Assembly: GCA_023480885.1 (NCBI GenBank)
Contig: JAMCWX010000066.1
Location: 37,467 to 101,466 of the forward strand
Length of the DNA: 64,000 nucleotides
Direction of reading: 5' to 3'
Source: Chloroflexota bacterium
GTDB lineage: Bacteria; Chloroflexota; UBA6077; FW602-bin22; JACPRP01
Every line of letters starts with the position of its first letter. Position 1 is the first letter of the stretch. The position numbers and the translations under genes are program-made. Shown piece after piece: positions 9,783-20,380 of this stretch. A model generated the notes under the pieces. The model worked only from the letters and a program-made list of their open reading frames with translations, did not search any database and was not told where the DNA came from.

Positions 9783-10753
9783 GTGGATTTCCGCTGCAAC
9801 GTTTGAGACGCTTAAGACGAACTGCGCCACTGCGGAGGCTGGTCAGCGAGACGAGTCTGGCGGTGGACGACTTCATATATCCCCTTTTCGTGACGCACGG
9901 AAAAGGAATCAAGACCGAAATTCCTTCCATGCCGGGAAACTACCAGCTCTCGCTGGATGAGTTGGAGAGGGAAGCGGCGGAGGTCGCGGAGCTAGGCATT
10001 CCCGCAGTGCTGCTCTTCGGCCTGCCGGCGTCAAAGGATCCAGTCGGCTCGGAGGCATTCGCGTTCGACGGCGTAGTGCAGCAGGCTGTGCGTGTCATCA
10101 AGAGGGCCGCGCCGGAATTGCTCGTCGTGACTGACGTCTGCCTCTGCGAGTATACCAGCCACGGGCACTGCGGGGTCGTGGTCGATGGCTACGTGCACAA
10201 CGATCAAACGCTCGATCTCATCGCCAGGACGGCGTGGTCTCACGCAGAGGCTGGCGCAGACATCGTCGCGCCGTCGGATATGATGGATGGCCGGGTTGCC
10301 GCGATTCGAAGCATTCTCGACGAGAACGGCTTTGAGACCACGCCTATAATGGCGTACTCTGCCAAGTACGCGTCTGGATTCTACGGGCCTTTCCGCGAGG
10401 CAGCGGAGTCGACGCCCCAGTTTGGCGATCGATCCGCTTACCAGATGGATCCATCAAATGTGCGAGAAGCGTTGCGCGAGATCGATCTGGATGTCCAGGA
10501 GGGCGCGGATATCGTCATGGTGAAGCCCGCCCTGGCTTATCTTGACATAATCGCCAAGGCCCGCCAGAGGTTAGACCATCCTATCGCCGCCTACAACGTG
10601 AGTGGGGAGTTTGCTATGGTTAAAGCAGCGGCGCGCAACGGCTGGATCGACGAGCGCCGGGTGACGCTGGAGATACTCACCGGCATCAAGCGCGCCGGTG
10701 CCGACATAATCATCACTTACCACGCCAAAGAGGTGGCGAAATGGCTGAAGTAG
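9779..10753 (+). CDS. hemB: porphobilinogen synthase (delta-aminolevulinate dehydratase)
   Basis: Cys-rich Zn site [14 protein letters not shown] and active-site Lys region [11 protein letters not shown]. It overlaps the previous gene by 4 nt. Confidence 0.9.
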   Translation: MSGFPLQRLRRLRRTAPLRRLVSETSLAVDDFIYPLFVTHGKGIKTEIPSMPGNYQLSLDELEREAAEVAELGIPAVLLFGLPASKDPVGSEAFAFDGVVQQAVRVIKRAAPELLVVTDVCLCEYTSHGHCGVVVDGYVHNDQTLDLIARTAWSHAEAGADIVAPSDMMDGRVAAIRSILDENGFETTPIMAYSAKYASGFYGPFREAAESTPQFGDRSAYQMDPSNVREALREIDLDVQEGADIVMVKPALAYLDIIAKARQRLDHPIAAYNVSGEFAMVKAAARNGWIDERRVTLEILTGIKRAGADIIITYHAKEVAKWLK

Positions 10754-11853
10754 AGAAGCTGCAACCACGCCTGGTCGCCTGGGAGACGACGCATGCCTGC
10801 AATCTCGCCTGCGTGCATTGTCGCGCCGAGGCCAAATATCATCCCGACCCCAACCAGCTTACGACCGAGGAGGGTTTCCGTCTTCTGGACCAGATAGCCA
10901 GCTTCTCGAATCCCATAATCATCCTCACCGGCGGTGAGCCGCTCTTGCGTCCCGACATCTTCGAGCTCGCCGATTACGGCGTCAAGAAGGGCTTGCACAT
11001 GACGATGTCCCCTTGCGGAACATCGCTGACTCGGCAGGCGGTGCAAAAGATCAAGGACGTGGGCATTGTCCGTATCTCCATCAGCCTGGATGGTTCCTCG
11101 GCGGAAGTTCACGATGCTTTCCGTGGCACCCCGGGAGCATTCGATGCGACTATCGCAGGAATGCGTTATTGCGTCGAGGCTGGCCTGGGCTTTCAGGTGA
11201 ATACGACGATCACCAGGCGCAACGTGGACGACTTGCCGCGAATGCTGGATACCGTATTGTCGGTGGGAGCGGCGGCCTGGCACCCGTTCATGCTCGTGCC
11301 GACGGGTCGCGGCAGGGCCATTCAGAACGAGGAGGTCACGCCCGAGCAGTACGAGAGCACGCTTTCGTGGCTGGAGAAGATATCGCGCGAGCAACCCATC
11401 CACATCAAGCCGACTTGCGCGCCGCACTACGTGCGCATTATGAGGCAAGTCGCGGTGGCAGCGCGCAGGGAAGGAAGGCCGTCACCGGCCGGGCCACCGC
11501 AGGGACATCCTGGTGGGCATCCGCATGGTCTGCACGCTATCTCTCGTGGGTGCATGGCCGGCGATGGCTTCTGCTTCGTTTCTCACGTCGGCGAGGTCTA
11601 CGGGTGCGGCTTCCTACCAGTGCTGGCTGGAAACATTCGCGAAAAGCCGTTTCCCGAGATCTACCAGTTCTCACCGCTTTTCCAGCAGCTTCGCAAGTAC
11701 GACGAGCTTGGGGGCAAATGCGGCTATTGTGAATTTCGCGTGAAGTGTGGTGGCTGCCGAGCCAGGGCTCTTGCGGAAGCCGGCGACTATATGGCAGAGG
11801 AACCGTATTGCATCTATGAACCGAGGCGAAAACCTGAGCCAGAAGGGGACTGA
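10741..11853 (+). CDS. radical SAM/SPASM enzyme of the AhbC/AhbD (NirJ) type, siroheme-dependent haem synthesis
   Basis: CxxxCxxC motif ([10 protein letters not shown]), GGEPLL, and a C-terminal Cys cluster ([13 protein letters not shown]). It is embedded between hemB and hemL. Confidence 0.75.
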   Translation: MAEVEKLQPRLVAWETTHACNLACVHCRAEAKYHPDPNQLTTEEGFRLLDQIASFSNPIIILTGGEPLLRPDIFELADYGVKKGLHMTMSPCGTSLTRQAVQKIKDVGIVRISISLDGSSAEVHDAFRGTPGAFDATIAGMRYCVEAGLGFQVNTTITRRNVDDLPRMLDTVLSVGAAAWHPFMLVPTGRGRAIQNEEVTPEQYESTLSWLEKISREQPIHIKPTCAPHYVRIMRQVAVAARREGRPSPAGPPQGHPGGHPHGLHAISRGCMAGDGFCFVSHVGEVYGCGFLPVLAGNIREKPFPEIYQFSPLFQQLRKYDELGGKCGYCEFRVKCGGCRARALAEAGDYMAEEPYCIYEPRRKPEPEGD

Positions 11854-11859
11854 GAGGTT

Positions 11860-13149
11860 ATGAAGACTGACAAATCGCGGCAGCTTTTCGAGGAAGCAAA
11901 GGAGTTCTTGCCGGGGGGCGTAAGCAGCCCCGTGCGCGCGTTTCGCGCCGTCGGCGGCCAGCCATTGTTTCTCGCACGAGCCGAAGGTAGCCGTGTCTTC
12001 GACGTGGACGGCAATGAGTTCATCGATTACGTTTGCTCGTGGGGGCCGCTGATCCTTGGCCACTCGCCGGCCAGTCTCGTCGAGGCATTGAAATCCGCGG
12101 CGGAGAAGGGCACCAGCTACGGCGCTCCGACTGAGCTGGAGACGGTCCTGGCCAAGATGGTGGTTGAGGCTTTCCCCTCGATCGAGATGGTTCGTTTCGT
12201 TAGCTCTGGGACCGAGGCGACGATGAGCGCCATTCGGCTGGCCAGGGCGTTCACCGGGGCAGAGAAGATCATCAAGTTCGATGGCTGCTACCACGGCCAC
12301 GGGGACGGCGTCCTTGTAAAGGCGGGATCAGGAGTCCTGACGCTCGGCGCGCCCGACAGCCCCGGCGTCCCCATCGCCGCCGCGCAAAACACGATATCGG
12401 TTCCTTACAACGACCTGAGAGCAGCGCAACAGGCGTTCGAACTGCATCGCACGGAGATTGCCGCTGCTATCGTCGAACCTGTGGCGGGCAATATGGGAGT
12501 AGTTCTCCCCAAGTCTGGTTTCCTCGAAGGGCTGCGGCGATTGTGCGACGAGAACAATGCCCTGCTGATCTTCGACGAGGTTATCACGGGGTTCCGTGTA
12601 GCCTACGGAGGCGCGCAGGAGCGTTACAACGTCAAGCCCGATCTGACTTGTTTAGGCAAAATTATCGGGGGAGGCCTTCCTGTCGGCGCGTATGGCGGCC
12701 GCAGAGAGATTATGGAGCTTATGGCGCCGCTCGGGCCAGTTTACCAGGCTGGTACGCTCTCTGGCAATCCTCTGGCAATGACCGCTGGCATCGAGACGCT
12801 CAAAGCCTTGAAGCAGCCTGGAGCATACGAGCGGCTAGAGGAGAGGTCGGTGCGTCTGGCACAGGGCATTGCCGACTCTGCCGCGAAGGCAGGTGTGCCC
12901 GTTAACACCAACCGCGTTGGCTCGATGATGACAGTTTTCTTCACCGATAAGGACGTAGTCGACTACGGATCGGCCAGGACGTCGGACACAGCGCGCTACG
13001 CCGCCTATCATCGGGGAATGCTGGAGAACGGCGTGTATCTGGCTCCGTCCCAGTTCGAAGCGGGTTTCGTCTCATTGGCGCATACAGACGCGGACATCGA
13101 GACGACAATCGACGCGGCAAGGAAGGTATTGGCTTCTCTGGCCGGCTAG
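11860..13149 (+). CDS. hemL: glutamate-1-semialdehyde 2,1-aminomutase
   Basis: Class-III aminotransferase pattern, including the PLP-Lys region [12 protein letters not shown]. Confidence 0.9.
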   Translation: MKTDKSRQLFEEAKEFLPGGVSSPVRAFRAVGGQPLFLARAEGSRVFDVDGNEFIDYVCSWGPLILGHSPASLVEALKSAAEKGTSYGAPTELETVLAKMVVEAFPSIEMVRFVSSGTEATMSAIRLARAFTGAEKIIKFDGCYHGHGDGVLVKAGSGVLTLGAPDSPGVPIAAAQNTISVPYNDLRAAQQAFELHRTEIAAAIVEPVAGNMGVVLPKSGFLEGLRRLCDENNALLIFDEVITGFRVAYGGAQERYNVKPDLTCLGKIIGGGLPVGAYGGRREIMELMAPLGPVYQAGTLSGNPLAMTAGIETLKALKQPGAYERLEERSVRLAQGIADSAAKAGVPVNTNRVGSMMTVFFTDKDVVDYGSARTSDTARYAAYHRGMLENGVYLAPSQFEAGFVSLAHTDADIETTIDAARKVLASLAG

Positions 13150-13288
13150 CCAGTCAAAAGGTGGCAATAACGTAGATTCCTGGCACGTTGTGTGCTAAAC
13201 TAATGGGTGGTGAAACGAAAATGCTGACTGTTCTGGTCGCTTCGTTGTTCGTCATCTTGCTACATAGCGCAGGTGCTGGAGAAAATAG

Positions 13289-13325
13289 ACCCTCTCGCTA
13301 CTTTCGGACGAGAGGGTTTTGTCTT
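13289..13325 (+). terminator. terminator candidate
   Basis: 9-bp stem ACCCTCTCG/CGAGAGGGT (13289-13297 / 13309-13317), 11-nt loop, then TTTGTCTTT. Confidence 0.45.
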
Positions 13326-13413
13326 TCGTCGTTATGAGGGAGAGTCTGGAGAGCGTGTGGTGGAAAGGATGGAAGGTAGATGAGGGCTTGGAGTCGGTAT
13401 CAGGAGCAACCCG

Positions 13414-13737
13414 ATGGGACGTATTGAGGTCGACGAGGACAGGTGTAAGGGATGCGAGATTTGCGTTAGCGCCTGTCCCAAGAAAGTGATCACTCTGGCA
13501 AATCGTTACAATCGCCTGGGCTACCGCACCGCGACTTTGAGGGAGCACGAACCGCACGCTTCGGCGTCGGCGGGGAAGCACCCTTTCTTGCCCTGGCGCG
13601 ATCATCCGTTGCACGAAGATGTCGCCGAGTGCAATGGCTGCGGTATTTGCGCGCGCATGTGCCCTGACGTAGCCATCACCGTTTTCAAGCATCGGATAGA
13701 AGGCGATAGGCAACAGGGAGGCAGTGATGGAAAGTAA
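13414..13737 (+). CDS. korD: 2-oxoacid:ferredoxin oxidoreductase delta (ferredoxin) subunit
   Basis: Two CxxCxxCxxxCP motifs (CKGCEICVSACP, CNGCGICARMCP). An unusually long His/Pro-rich segment of about 25 aa separates them. Confidence 0.7.
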   Translation: MGRIEVDEDRCKGCEICVSACPKKVITLANRYNRLGYRTATLREHEPHASASAGKHPFLPWRDHPLHEDVAECNGCGICARMCPDVAITVFKHRIEGDRQQGGSDGK

Positions 13738-14794
13738 AGTGTTGATGAAGGGCAACGAGGCGATCGGAGAAGGAGCCATCCGTGCCGGATGCCAGGCATA
13801 TTTTGGCTATCCCATCACTCCTCAAACCGAGTTGCTCGAGTATATGTCGCATTGGATGATCGAGCTCGGGCGAGTGTTCGTGCAAGCTGAGAGCGAGATC
13901 GCAGCTATTAACATGTGCTATGGCGCCGCGGCTGCTGGTGCGAGAGTTATGACCTCTTCGAGCAGCCCGGGGATAAGCCTGAAGCAAGAGGGCATCTCCT
14001 ATATGGCTGGCGCTGAGCTGCCCTGCGTGATCGTTAACGTCGTCAGGGGCGGACCTGGCCTGGGAAACATCGCGCCCGCTCAAGGGGATTACTTCCAGGC
14101 CACGAAAGGAGGTGGACACGGCGACTATCGTCTTCTGGTGTTGGCTCCTGCTTCGGTGCAGGAAGCCATGGACCTTACCTCGTTGGCTTTCGATCTTGCC
14201 GACAAGTATCGGAATCCCGTGATGCTGCTAGCAGATGGCCTGATTGGCCAGGTTATGGAGCCCGTCCATCTCCACGATTGGACGCCTCAATTCGTAGCCA
14301 AACCTTGGGCTCTGACGGGCGCCGCGGGACGGGAGAAAAACGTCATCAAGTCCATTTATCTTCAACCCGAGAAGATGGAGCCACACGTGCAGCATCTGCA
14401 GCGGAAGTATGCGCAGATGCGATCTGACGAAGTGCGCTATGCCGAAATGATGGTTGCAGATGCCGACATCGTTCTGGTGGCCTATGGGACGGCTAGCCGA
14501 GTATGTCAGACGGCCCTGAAGCTCGCTCGGTCCGAAGGCCTGCGCGTTGGCCTTTTCCGTCCTATATCTTTGTTCCCGTTTCCGATCCAGCAGATAAGCG
14601 ATCTGGCGAAGAGCGCGAAGATGTTCCTGGTGGCGGAGCTAAGCTCCGGCCAGATGGTCGAGGACGTGCGCCTCGCGGCGGCAGGGAAGGTGCCTGTGCA
14701 CCTGGTAAGTCGGCTCGGTGGCATGCAACTCACTCCCGAGGAAGTCCTGGTTGCCATCAAGGAGTTAGGAGGGAATGAAGGTGGAGCGAACTGA
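13727..14794 (+). CDS. korA: 2-oxoacid:ferredoxin oxidoreductase alpha subunit
   Basis: N-terminus [15 protein letters not shown]...[10 protein letters not shown] is typical of KorA/PorA. ATG 13727 follows AGGGAGG. The track ORF starts at GTG 13724. Confidence 0.85.
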   Translation: MESKVLMKGNEAIGEGAIRAGCQAYFGYPITPQTELLEYMSHWMIELGRVFVQAESEIAAINMCYGAAAAGARVMTSSSSPGISLKQEGISYMAGAELPCVIVNVVRGGPGLGNIAPAQGDYFQATKGGGHGDYRLLVLAPASVQEAMDLTSLAFDLADKYRNPVMLLADGLIGQVMEPVHLHDWTPQFVAKPWALTGAAGREKNVIKSIYLQPEKMEPHVQHLQRKYAQMRSDEVRYAEMMVADADIVLVAYGTASRVCQTALKLARSEGLRVGLFRPISLFPFPIQQISDLAKSAKMFLVAELSSGQMVEDVRLAAAGKVPVHLVSRLGGMQLTPEEVLVAIKELGGNEGGAN

Positions 14795-15578
14795 GATAGA
14801 AAGCCGACAGTCCTGGCGCGAGGAAATAGTTTATCAGCGTCCAAAGGCGTTATCGACGACGCGGACGCATTACTGCCCAGGTTGCACTCACGGGATAATT
14901 CATCGCCTGATCGCCGAGGTAATCGACGAGCTTGGCATAATGGAGCAGACGATTGGCGTCTTTCCAGTCGGATGCGCCGTGTTCGGCTATGACTACTTCA
15001 ATTTCGACGCCAGTGAGGCAGCCCACGGCCGCGCGCCGGCTGTGGCGACAGGCATAAAGCGCATCTATCCGGACAAGATGGTCTTCACCTACCAGGGGGA
15101 CGGTGATCTTGCCGCTATCGGCACCACGGAAATCGTTCACGCGGCTGCGCGAGGCGAAAACATAACGACGATCTTCGTGAACAACGCCATCTATGGGATG
15201 ACTGGCGGCCAGATGGCTCCGACGACGTTGCCAGGCCAGAGGACGACCTCGACCTGGCAGGGCAGAGATGTGGCTATCGCCGGGCATCCTGTGAAAGTAT
15301 CCGAGATGCTGGCGACCCAGGACGGTGCGGTCTACATCGCGCGGACGGCCGTTAATAGCCCGGCCAACGTGAACCGCGCCAAGGGGGCGATCAAAAAAGC
15401 TTTCAAAGTGCAGCAAGCGAAGCTCGGATTTGCTCTGGTGGAGGTCCTCAGCGCTTGTCCAGTCGGCTGGGGACTGGCGCCAAAGGAGGCGCTGGTCTGG
15501 ATAACCGAACATATGATCCCCAGTTATCCTTTAGGGGAATTCAAGGCCACCGACGAAGTCAAGGCCATTGTGGGTTAA
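14775..15578 (+). CDS. korB: 2-oxoacid:ferredoxin oxidoreductase beta (TPP) subunit
   Basis: CPGCTHG Cys motif and the TPP-binding GDGD region ([11 protein letters not shown]). Confidence 0.85.
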   Translation: MKVERTEIESRQSWREEIVYQRPKALSTTRTHYCPGCTHGIIHRLIAEVIDELGIMEQTIGVFPVGCAVFGYDYFNFDASEAAHGRAPAVATGIKRIYPDKMVFTYQGDGDLAAIGTTEIVHAAARGENITTIFVNNAIYGMTGGQMAPTTLPGQRTTSTWQGRDVAIAGHPVKVSEMLATQDGAVYIARTAVNSPANVNRAKGAIKKAFKVQQAKLGFALVEVLSACPVGWGLAPKEALVWITEHMIPSYPLGEFKATDEVKAIVG

Positions 15579-15592
15579 AGGGGAGGAGCAAG

Positions 15593-16159
15593 ATGCACGA
15601 GGATATCGTATTGTCTGGCTTCGGGGGCCAGGGAGTGATGTTCGCCGGCCAGTTGCTGGCCTACGCTGGCCTGCGCGAAGGTAAGCACGTTGCCTGGGTT
15701 CCTTCCTACGGGCCTGAGATGCGAGGAGGCACGGCCCACGTGACAGTGGTCGTCTCCGACGAGGAGATCGGCTCACTCATCGTGGCCCATCCCACTGTTG
15801 CCGTGGTTATGAACCTGCCGTCGTTCGAGCGTTTCGTGCCCGCAGTGAAACCTGGAGGGCTGTTGATCGTCAACAGTTCGCTGATCGCAGAGACGGTGGA
15901 TCGCGACGACATCTTGACGCTGCGGGTGCCTGCGAACGACATATCGCTGGAGCTTGGCAACGACAGGCTTGCCAATATGGTTATGGTTGGGGCTCTCCTG
16001 GCAAGCAGACCTGTTGTATCGAAAGAGTCTGTCGTGGAATCATTGAAGAAGATACTGCCCGAGCGACGCCAGCGACTGCTGGAGATCAACGAGCAGGCGA
16101 TGCAGCGCGGCATTGAATGCAGCAGCCCGTCGAGGTCTTCAGCGCAGTTGACTGATTAG
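15593..16159 (+). CDS. korC: 2-oxoacid:ferredoxin oxidoreductase gamma subunit
   Basis: The product from ATG 15593 (after AAGGGGAGGAG) begins MHEDIVLSGFGGQGV, the canonical gamma-subunit N-terminus. The longer track ORF overlaps korB. Confidence 0.85.
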   Translation: MHEDIVLSGFGGQGVMFAGQLLAYAGLREGKHVAWVPSYGPEMRGGTAHVTVVVSDEEIGSLIVAHPTVAVVMNLPSFERFVPAVKPGGLLIVNSSLIAETVDRDDILTLRVPANDISLELGNDRLANMVMVGALLASRPVVSKESVVESLKKILPERRQRLLEINEQAMQRGIECSSPSRSSAQLTD

Positions 16160-16186
16160 CCTGATATTGTCTATGGAGTTCAGCAA

Positions 16187-16216
16187 TTGACTTCCTTGTC
16201 CTGCTTGGTGTATCCT
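16187..16216 (+). promoter_or_regulatory. promoter candidate
   Basis: TTGACT (16187-16192), 18 nt, TATCCT (16211-16216). Confidence 0.3.
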
Positions 16217-16261
16217 TCGGGCACGTGGCTTCCCTGAATTCGCGTGTGAGGACGATTCGTT

Positions 16262-17665
16262 TTGCTTCCCGTCGGCATTCTCAAGCAGCTTCAGGCGATA
16301 GTGGGTCGCGAGCACGTCTTGACCTCGCCTGAGGAGCTTGTCTGCTACTCCTACGATTCCACGCCCGTCGTCTCCACTCCTGATGCCGTGGTCGTTCCTG
16401 GGAGCACACAAGAGATCTCAGAAATCATGCGGCTTGCCAATCGCGAGCGTGTTCCTGTGGTGCCACGCGGCTCTGGCACCGATCTCAGTGGCGGCACTGT
16501 CCCGCTGAGGAAAGGCATTGTGCTCTCGACGGCTCGTCTCAACAAGATACTTGAAATCGACGAGCAGAATCTCACGGCCACCCTGCAGCCGGCCGTTATC
16601 ACGGGCCAGTTACAGGCTGCGGTGGAGCGCCTGGGACTGTTCTATCCGCCTGATCCTTCCAGCCTTGGCGTGTCGACAATTGGCGGGAACGTGGCGGAAG
16701 GGGCTGGAGGCGCGCGCTGTCTGAAGTACGGCACGACCAAAGATTACGTTCTCGGCCTGGAAGTCGTCCTGGCTTCCGGCGATTTGATTCGCACCGGCGG
16801 CAAGACCGTGAAGAACGTCAGCGGCTACAACTTGACGCAACTGTTCGTTGGCTCGGAGGGAACCCTGGGAGTCGTCACGGAGGTAACCGTGCGGCTCATC
16901 CCGCTGCCCGAGGCCAAGCAAACGCTTCTCGCGGTTTTCGGCGACCTGGACGACGCCGCCAGGACTGTTTCCGCAATCATCGCCGCCAAGATCGTACCGA
17001 CCACGCTGGAGCTAATCGATGGCACCTCGATCAAGAAGATCGAGGCGTATAGATCGTTGGGATATCCGCTCGACGCGGAAGCAGTGCTATTGATCGAGGT
17101 GGATGGCAGCGAAGTGGAAGTGCAGCGACAGACCGGGCGCGTCGAAGACATCGTCCGTGCAAATGGCGCGCGAGAGCTGAGAGTCGCTCGGAACGGAGAT
17201 GAGGCCGATCATCTCTGGTTAGGTCGCCGTGTATCGTTCGCTGCGCTGGCGAGAAGCAAGCCCACGGCGGTGACGGAGGACGTGACCGTGCCACGCGCGA
17301 AGGTGCCGGCGCTGGTGCGCCGTCTCAAGGAACTGGCCAGGAAATACGATCTGGACGTCGCCATAATGGGGCACGCTGGCGATGGCAATATGCATCCTTT
17401 GGTGATGACCGACTTTCGCGACAAGGACGAGATGGCGCGAATGAACAAATTCTTCGACGAGACTTTTCGGATCACGCTGGAGCTGGGAGGAACGCTCACC
17501 GGGGAGCATGGCATCGGTCTCCTGAAAGCCCCATACATGAAAATGCAATTCGGCAAAGAAGGGGTGGAGGCCATGCGCGCGATCAAGCTGGCGCTGGACC
17601 CGAACAACATCTTGAATCCTGGAAAGATAATCCCGGATGGTAGCGACGAAACCGAACCTCGATGA
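16262..17665 (+). CDS. FAD-linked oxidase, GlcD / D-lactate dehydrogenase-like
   Basis: FAD_binding_4 pattern (VVPRGSGTDLSGG) and C-terminal GEHGIGLLK. The TTG start lies 8 nt after GAGGA. Confidence 0.8.
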   Translation: MLPVGILKQLQAIVGREHVLTSPEELVCYSYDSTPVVSTPDAVVVPGSTQEISEIMRLANRERVPVVPRGSGTDLSGGTVPLRKGIVLSTARLNKILEIDEQNLTATLQPAVITGQLQAAVERLGLFYPPDPSSLGVSTIGGNVAEGAGGARCLKYGTTKDYVLGLEVVLASGDLIRTGGKTVKNVSGYNLTQLFVGSEGTLGVVTEVTVRLIPLPEAKQTLLAVFGDLDDAARTVSAIIAAKIVPTTLELIDGTSIKKIEAYRSLGYPLDAEAVLLIEVDGSEVEVQRQTGRVEDIVRANGARELRVARNGDEADHLWLGRRVSFAALARSKPTAVTEDVTVPRAKVPALVRRLKELARKYDLDVAIMGHAGDGNMHPLVMTDFRDKDEMARMNKFFDETFRITLELGGTLTGEHGIGLLKAPYMKMQFGKEGVEAMRAIKLALDPNNILNPGKIIPDGSDETEPR

Positions 17666-18872
17666 AGCGCTGAAATGTATACGATGCGGGCTATGCCAGG
17701 CCGTCTGCCCTGTATTCGGCGCCGTCGGCTCGGAGCCCTCGGTCGCCAGGGGCAAGGTGCAGCTTATCCGCGCGCTCGACGAGGGCAATTTGAGCCCCTC
17801 GGACGCGTTGAAGAAGTTCGTTTTCCTGTGTCTGAACTGTGGTGCGTGCACGGCAAACTGTCCCAGCGGTGTGAATATCGGCGAGCTGATCGTAACTGCG
17901 CGGGCCCACCTGATGGCGGAGCTAGGACAGCCCTATGTCGAGAAATTTCTTCTGCGCGGCCTGGCAGCCAGCGCCGGCAGACTGGAAGTGGGTGCGAAGG
18001 GACTTGCTCTTTATCAGAAGACAGGGCTGAGATGGCTTGCGCGCAAGGTCGGCCTGCTGGATGTGGCACCTGGGCGGCTGCGCGAGAAAGACGATCTCTT
18101 GCCGGCTTCGTCGTTCCGAACGGCAAAGGCCACGTTCCACAGGGTGTCTGGCCCTGGCGACGCCAGACAAATGGTCGCGTATTACGTCGGCTGCGCCACT
18201 AACCTCTTCGATCATCGAGTCGGTCGCGCGGTTATCGATGTGCTGACGCGACGAGAGTGCCAGGTCATTATCCCTGGACACCTTGAATGTTGTGGCATGC
18301 CGCATCGTAACGTCGGCGATCTGGAGACCGCAGCCGTGCTCCAGCGGAAAAACGTCGAAGCGCTGAACCGCGCCGAGGCCGATGCAATCGTCGTCGATTG
18401 TGCCACGTGCGGCAGCACGCTCAAGGGGTACAAGGGGTTGAACGCGCCCGTCTACGACATCTCCGAGTATGTGGTGAACGTTTTGGGCTTCGGCGACGAT
18501 GCGCGCTCCCTGTCTGGCACGGTGACCTATCACGATCCGTGCCACCTGGTGCGCGGGCAGGGGATCGGTGCGGCGCCGCGGGAGCTTCTGAAGAGCATCG
18601 AGGGCCTGATTTTCAGGGAGATGTCCGAGGCTGACAGATGCTGTGGCGGCGGCGGCTCCTTTGCGCTCACGCATTACGATATCTCGATGCGTATCCTCGA
18701 CCGCAAGATGGGCAACATCGCGGAAACCGGGGCCGAGATCGTCGCCAGTGGCTGTCCTAGCTGCCGCTTGCAACTGAAGCAAGGCGTCCTTATGGAGCTG
18801 AGGAAGGATAGCAGGGCTGTTACAAAGCGAAGGGTGGTGCATCCCGTCGAGTTGCTCGCAGAAGCTCGTTAG
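17637..18872 (+). CDS. Fe-S oxidoreductase, GlcF / heterodisulfide-reductase-like (CCG domains)
   Basis: Two ferredoxin motifs (CIRCGLCQAVCP, CLNCGACTANCP) plus two CCG motifs (LECCGMP, RCCGGGG). Confidence 0.8.
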   Translation: MVATKPNLDEALKCIRCGLCQAVCPVFGAVGSEPSVARGKVQLIRALDEGNLSPSDALKKFVFLCLNCGACTANCPSGVNIGELIVTARAHLMAELGQPYVEKFLLRGLAASAGRLEVGAKGLALYQKTGLRWLARKVGLLDVAPGRLREKDDLLPASSFRTAKATFHRVSGPGDARQMVAYYVGCATNLFDHRVGRAVIDVLTRRECQVIIPGHLECCGMPHRNVGDLETAAVLQRKNVEALNRAEADAIVVDCATCGSTLKGYKGLNAPVYDISEYVVNVLGFGDDARSLSGTVTYHDPCHLVRGQGIGAAPRELLKSIEGLIFREMSEADRCCGGGGSFALTHYDISMRILDRKMGNIAETGAEIVASGCPSCRLQLKQGVLMELRKDSRAVTKRRVVHPVELLAEAR

Positions 18873-18873
18873 A

Positions 18874-20289
18874 TCACCAGTTTGACGTGCTGTTCTTGTC
18901 CGTCCTGGGGAAGTACGTGTTATATACGTGCTGGACGACGTAGAAGCGTGAGTAGGTGCTGAAGGGCGTCTCAACCCCGTTTACATCCCTGCCTTTTATG
19001 TGCCACTGGTATCGGCCCAGCGCCCACGCGCCGAGGGGCCAGGATGTCGAGGGAGTCCAGCCATACTGTATCGTGGCGCCTGTATCCAAGTTTTGAAGCT
19101 CGCCGAGATAGTTGGCCCATCCTGCGCTCCACATTAGAGTGATGTTGGAGCCTACCTGGAAAAGCGCCCCGCTGAATGGGCTGATGGGTGCCGGTGGAGA
19201 CTTGGTCACCGTGATTCCTGTGTAGTACCAGTTCAGTATTCTCAGATAATCCCATTCGTACGGCTTTTCCGCCCAGTAGTATGCTCCCCACTGGCACATC
19301 CCCACGCCGTGTCCGTAATAGCCACAACTGCTACTGTACGGCTGGTGCCCGTTGCAAGATCTGGCTCGCAGGTAGGGTGAGTAGTTCCACGGATGCTCGG
19401 AGCAAACTAGCCATTTGCCGTTGTCGTCAGATCCCATTGCGTGCTCACTGTCGCGCGTAGTTTTTCCGTTGCAGCGAGAAAAGTACACTGCCGAGATGAT
19501 GTTGTCCTGATAGGTCGCGACCTGGCCGTGCGTCTGATCCACGGCCATTTCGGCGTTACTGCCAGGGAAGCGATCGTTCGTGTAAACCTGGCAAGAAGTC
19601 GTCGTACAAATAGGTTTGGCGCCGCCCTGGGTGTAGGCCACAGCATAGGTTCTCGCCGCCACAGCCTGAGCTTTCAACGCTTCGAGAGGCCAGTCAGGGG
19701 GCATCTCGAAGGGCACCACGCCTTTCAGATAGTAATCAAGATCCAGGGTTTGCTGAGTGCCGTCGGGCCACTCGACAACAATGGTCGATGGCACGGTAAC
19801 TGTGGGAGCGATGCCCTGCGGGGTTTGCTGGCCAGGCGCCAGGAAAGCTTGTTCGAGCGAACCCTGGGGGGAAGCGATCAGCCTTTCGTAGATGATTTGT
19901 GCCTCTTCCTCTGAGGGATTGAGGGGCACCATCGCGAAGTCCGCGACCAGGAGAGATGAAGGCCCGACTTCCTGGTGAACTCTTGACATATCCAGGAATC
20001 CAGGCGCCGTGACCAGGATCTCGTAGATGCCGGGAGGCAACTCGAGGTCGAACTGTCCCATGGCATCGGTGGTGACGGTGCTCGTCAGCCCCGAAGCGCT
20101 CACAGTCGCGCCGGCGAGGGGTTGGCCGGTCACGATCTCTGTCACTGTGCCGGCGATTCCCGATCTACCGCTTGCTTGATTTATGACCAGGGGTTGGCTC
20201 TGAGCGCGGAGGAGACTTCTGCCCCAAACCACAAACCCACCCAACACCACCCCCAGGGCTTTGAGGAAATCCCTGCGATTCAGTCTCAT
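18874..20289 (-). CDS. Tat-exported SpoIID/LytB-domain protein with a carboxypeptidase-regulatory-like domain
   Basis: Twin-arginine leader MRLNRRDFLKALG, a CarboxypepD_reg-like segment (GTVTEIVTGQPLAGATVSASG) and a SpoIID motif region (EALKAQAVAARTYAV). Confidence 0.75.
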   Translation of the reverse strand: MRLNRRDFLKALGVVLGGFVVWGRSLLRAQSQPLVINQASGRSGIAGTVTEIVTGQPLAGATVSASGLTSTVTTDAMGQFDLELPPGIYEILVTAPGFLDMSRVHQEVGPSSLLVADFAMVPLNPSEEEAQIIYERLIASPQGSLEQAFLAPGQQTPQGIAPTVTVPSTIVVEWPDGTQQTLDLDYYLKGVVPFEMPPDWPLEALKAQAVAARTYAVAYTQGGAKPICTTTSCQVYTNDRFPGSNAEMAVDQTHGQVATYQDNIISAVYFSRCNGKTTRDSEHAMGSDDNGKWLVCSEHPWNYSPYLRARSCNGHQPYSSSCGYYGHGVGMCQWGAYYWAEKPYEWDYLRILNWYYTGITVTKSPPAPISPFSGALFQVGSNITLMWSAGWANYLGELQNLDTGATIQYGWTPSTSWPLGAWALGRYQWHIKGRDVNGVETPFSTYSRFYVVQHVYNTYFPRTDKNSTSNW

Positions 20290-20380
20290 CCTTCCGTGGC
20301 AGACAGAGCATTCTTTCGATGCCTGGCGGAGTCAGTCGACGATTTCAGACGTCGTCACGCCGAACCAAATGGTCGGCAAG

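Noticed and set aside
10717-11448. Long antisense or alternative-frame ORFs inside well-supported genes. Examples: 10717-11448, 11013-11732, 11671-12300, 14850-15512, 17219-17851, 17922-18974, 39981-40817, 42071-42595, 56396-57325, 58888-59484 and 62148-62843.
   Set aside because: These are shadow ORFs typical of GC-rich DNA. Each overlaps a gene with clear family motifs. Their products are Arg/Pro/Gly/Ser-rich with no recognisable domains.
13203-13340. A small ORF (MGGETKMLTVLVASLFVILLHSAG...) between hemL and korD.
   Set aside because: It runs straight through the terminator hairpin and has no convincing SD. It is most likely non-coding.
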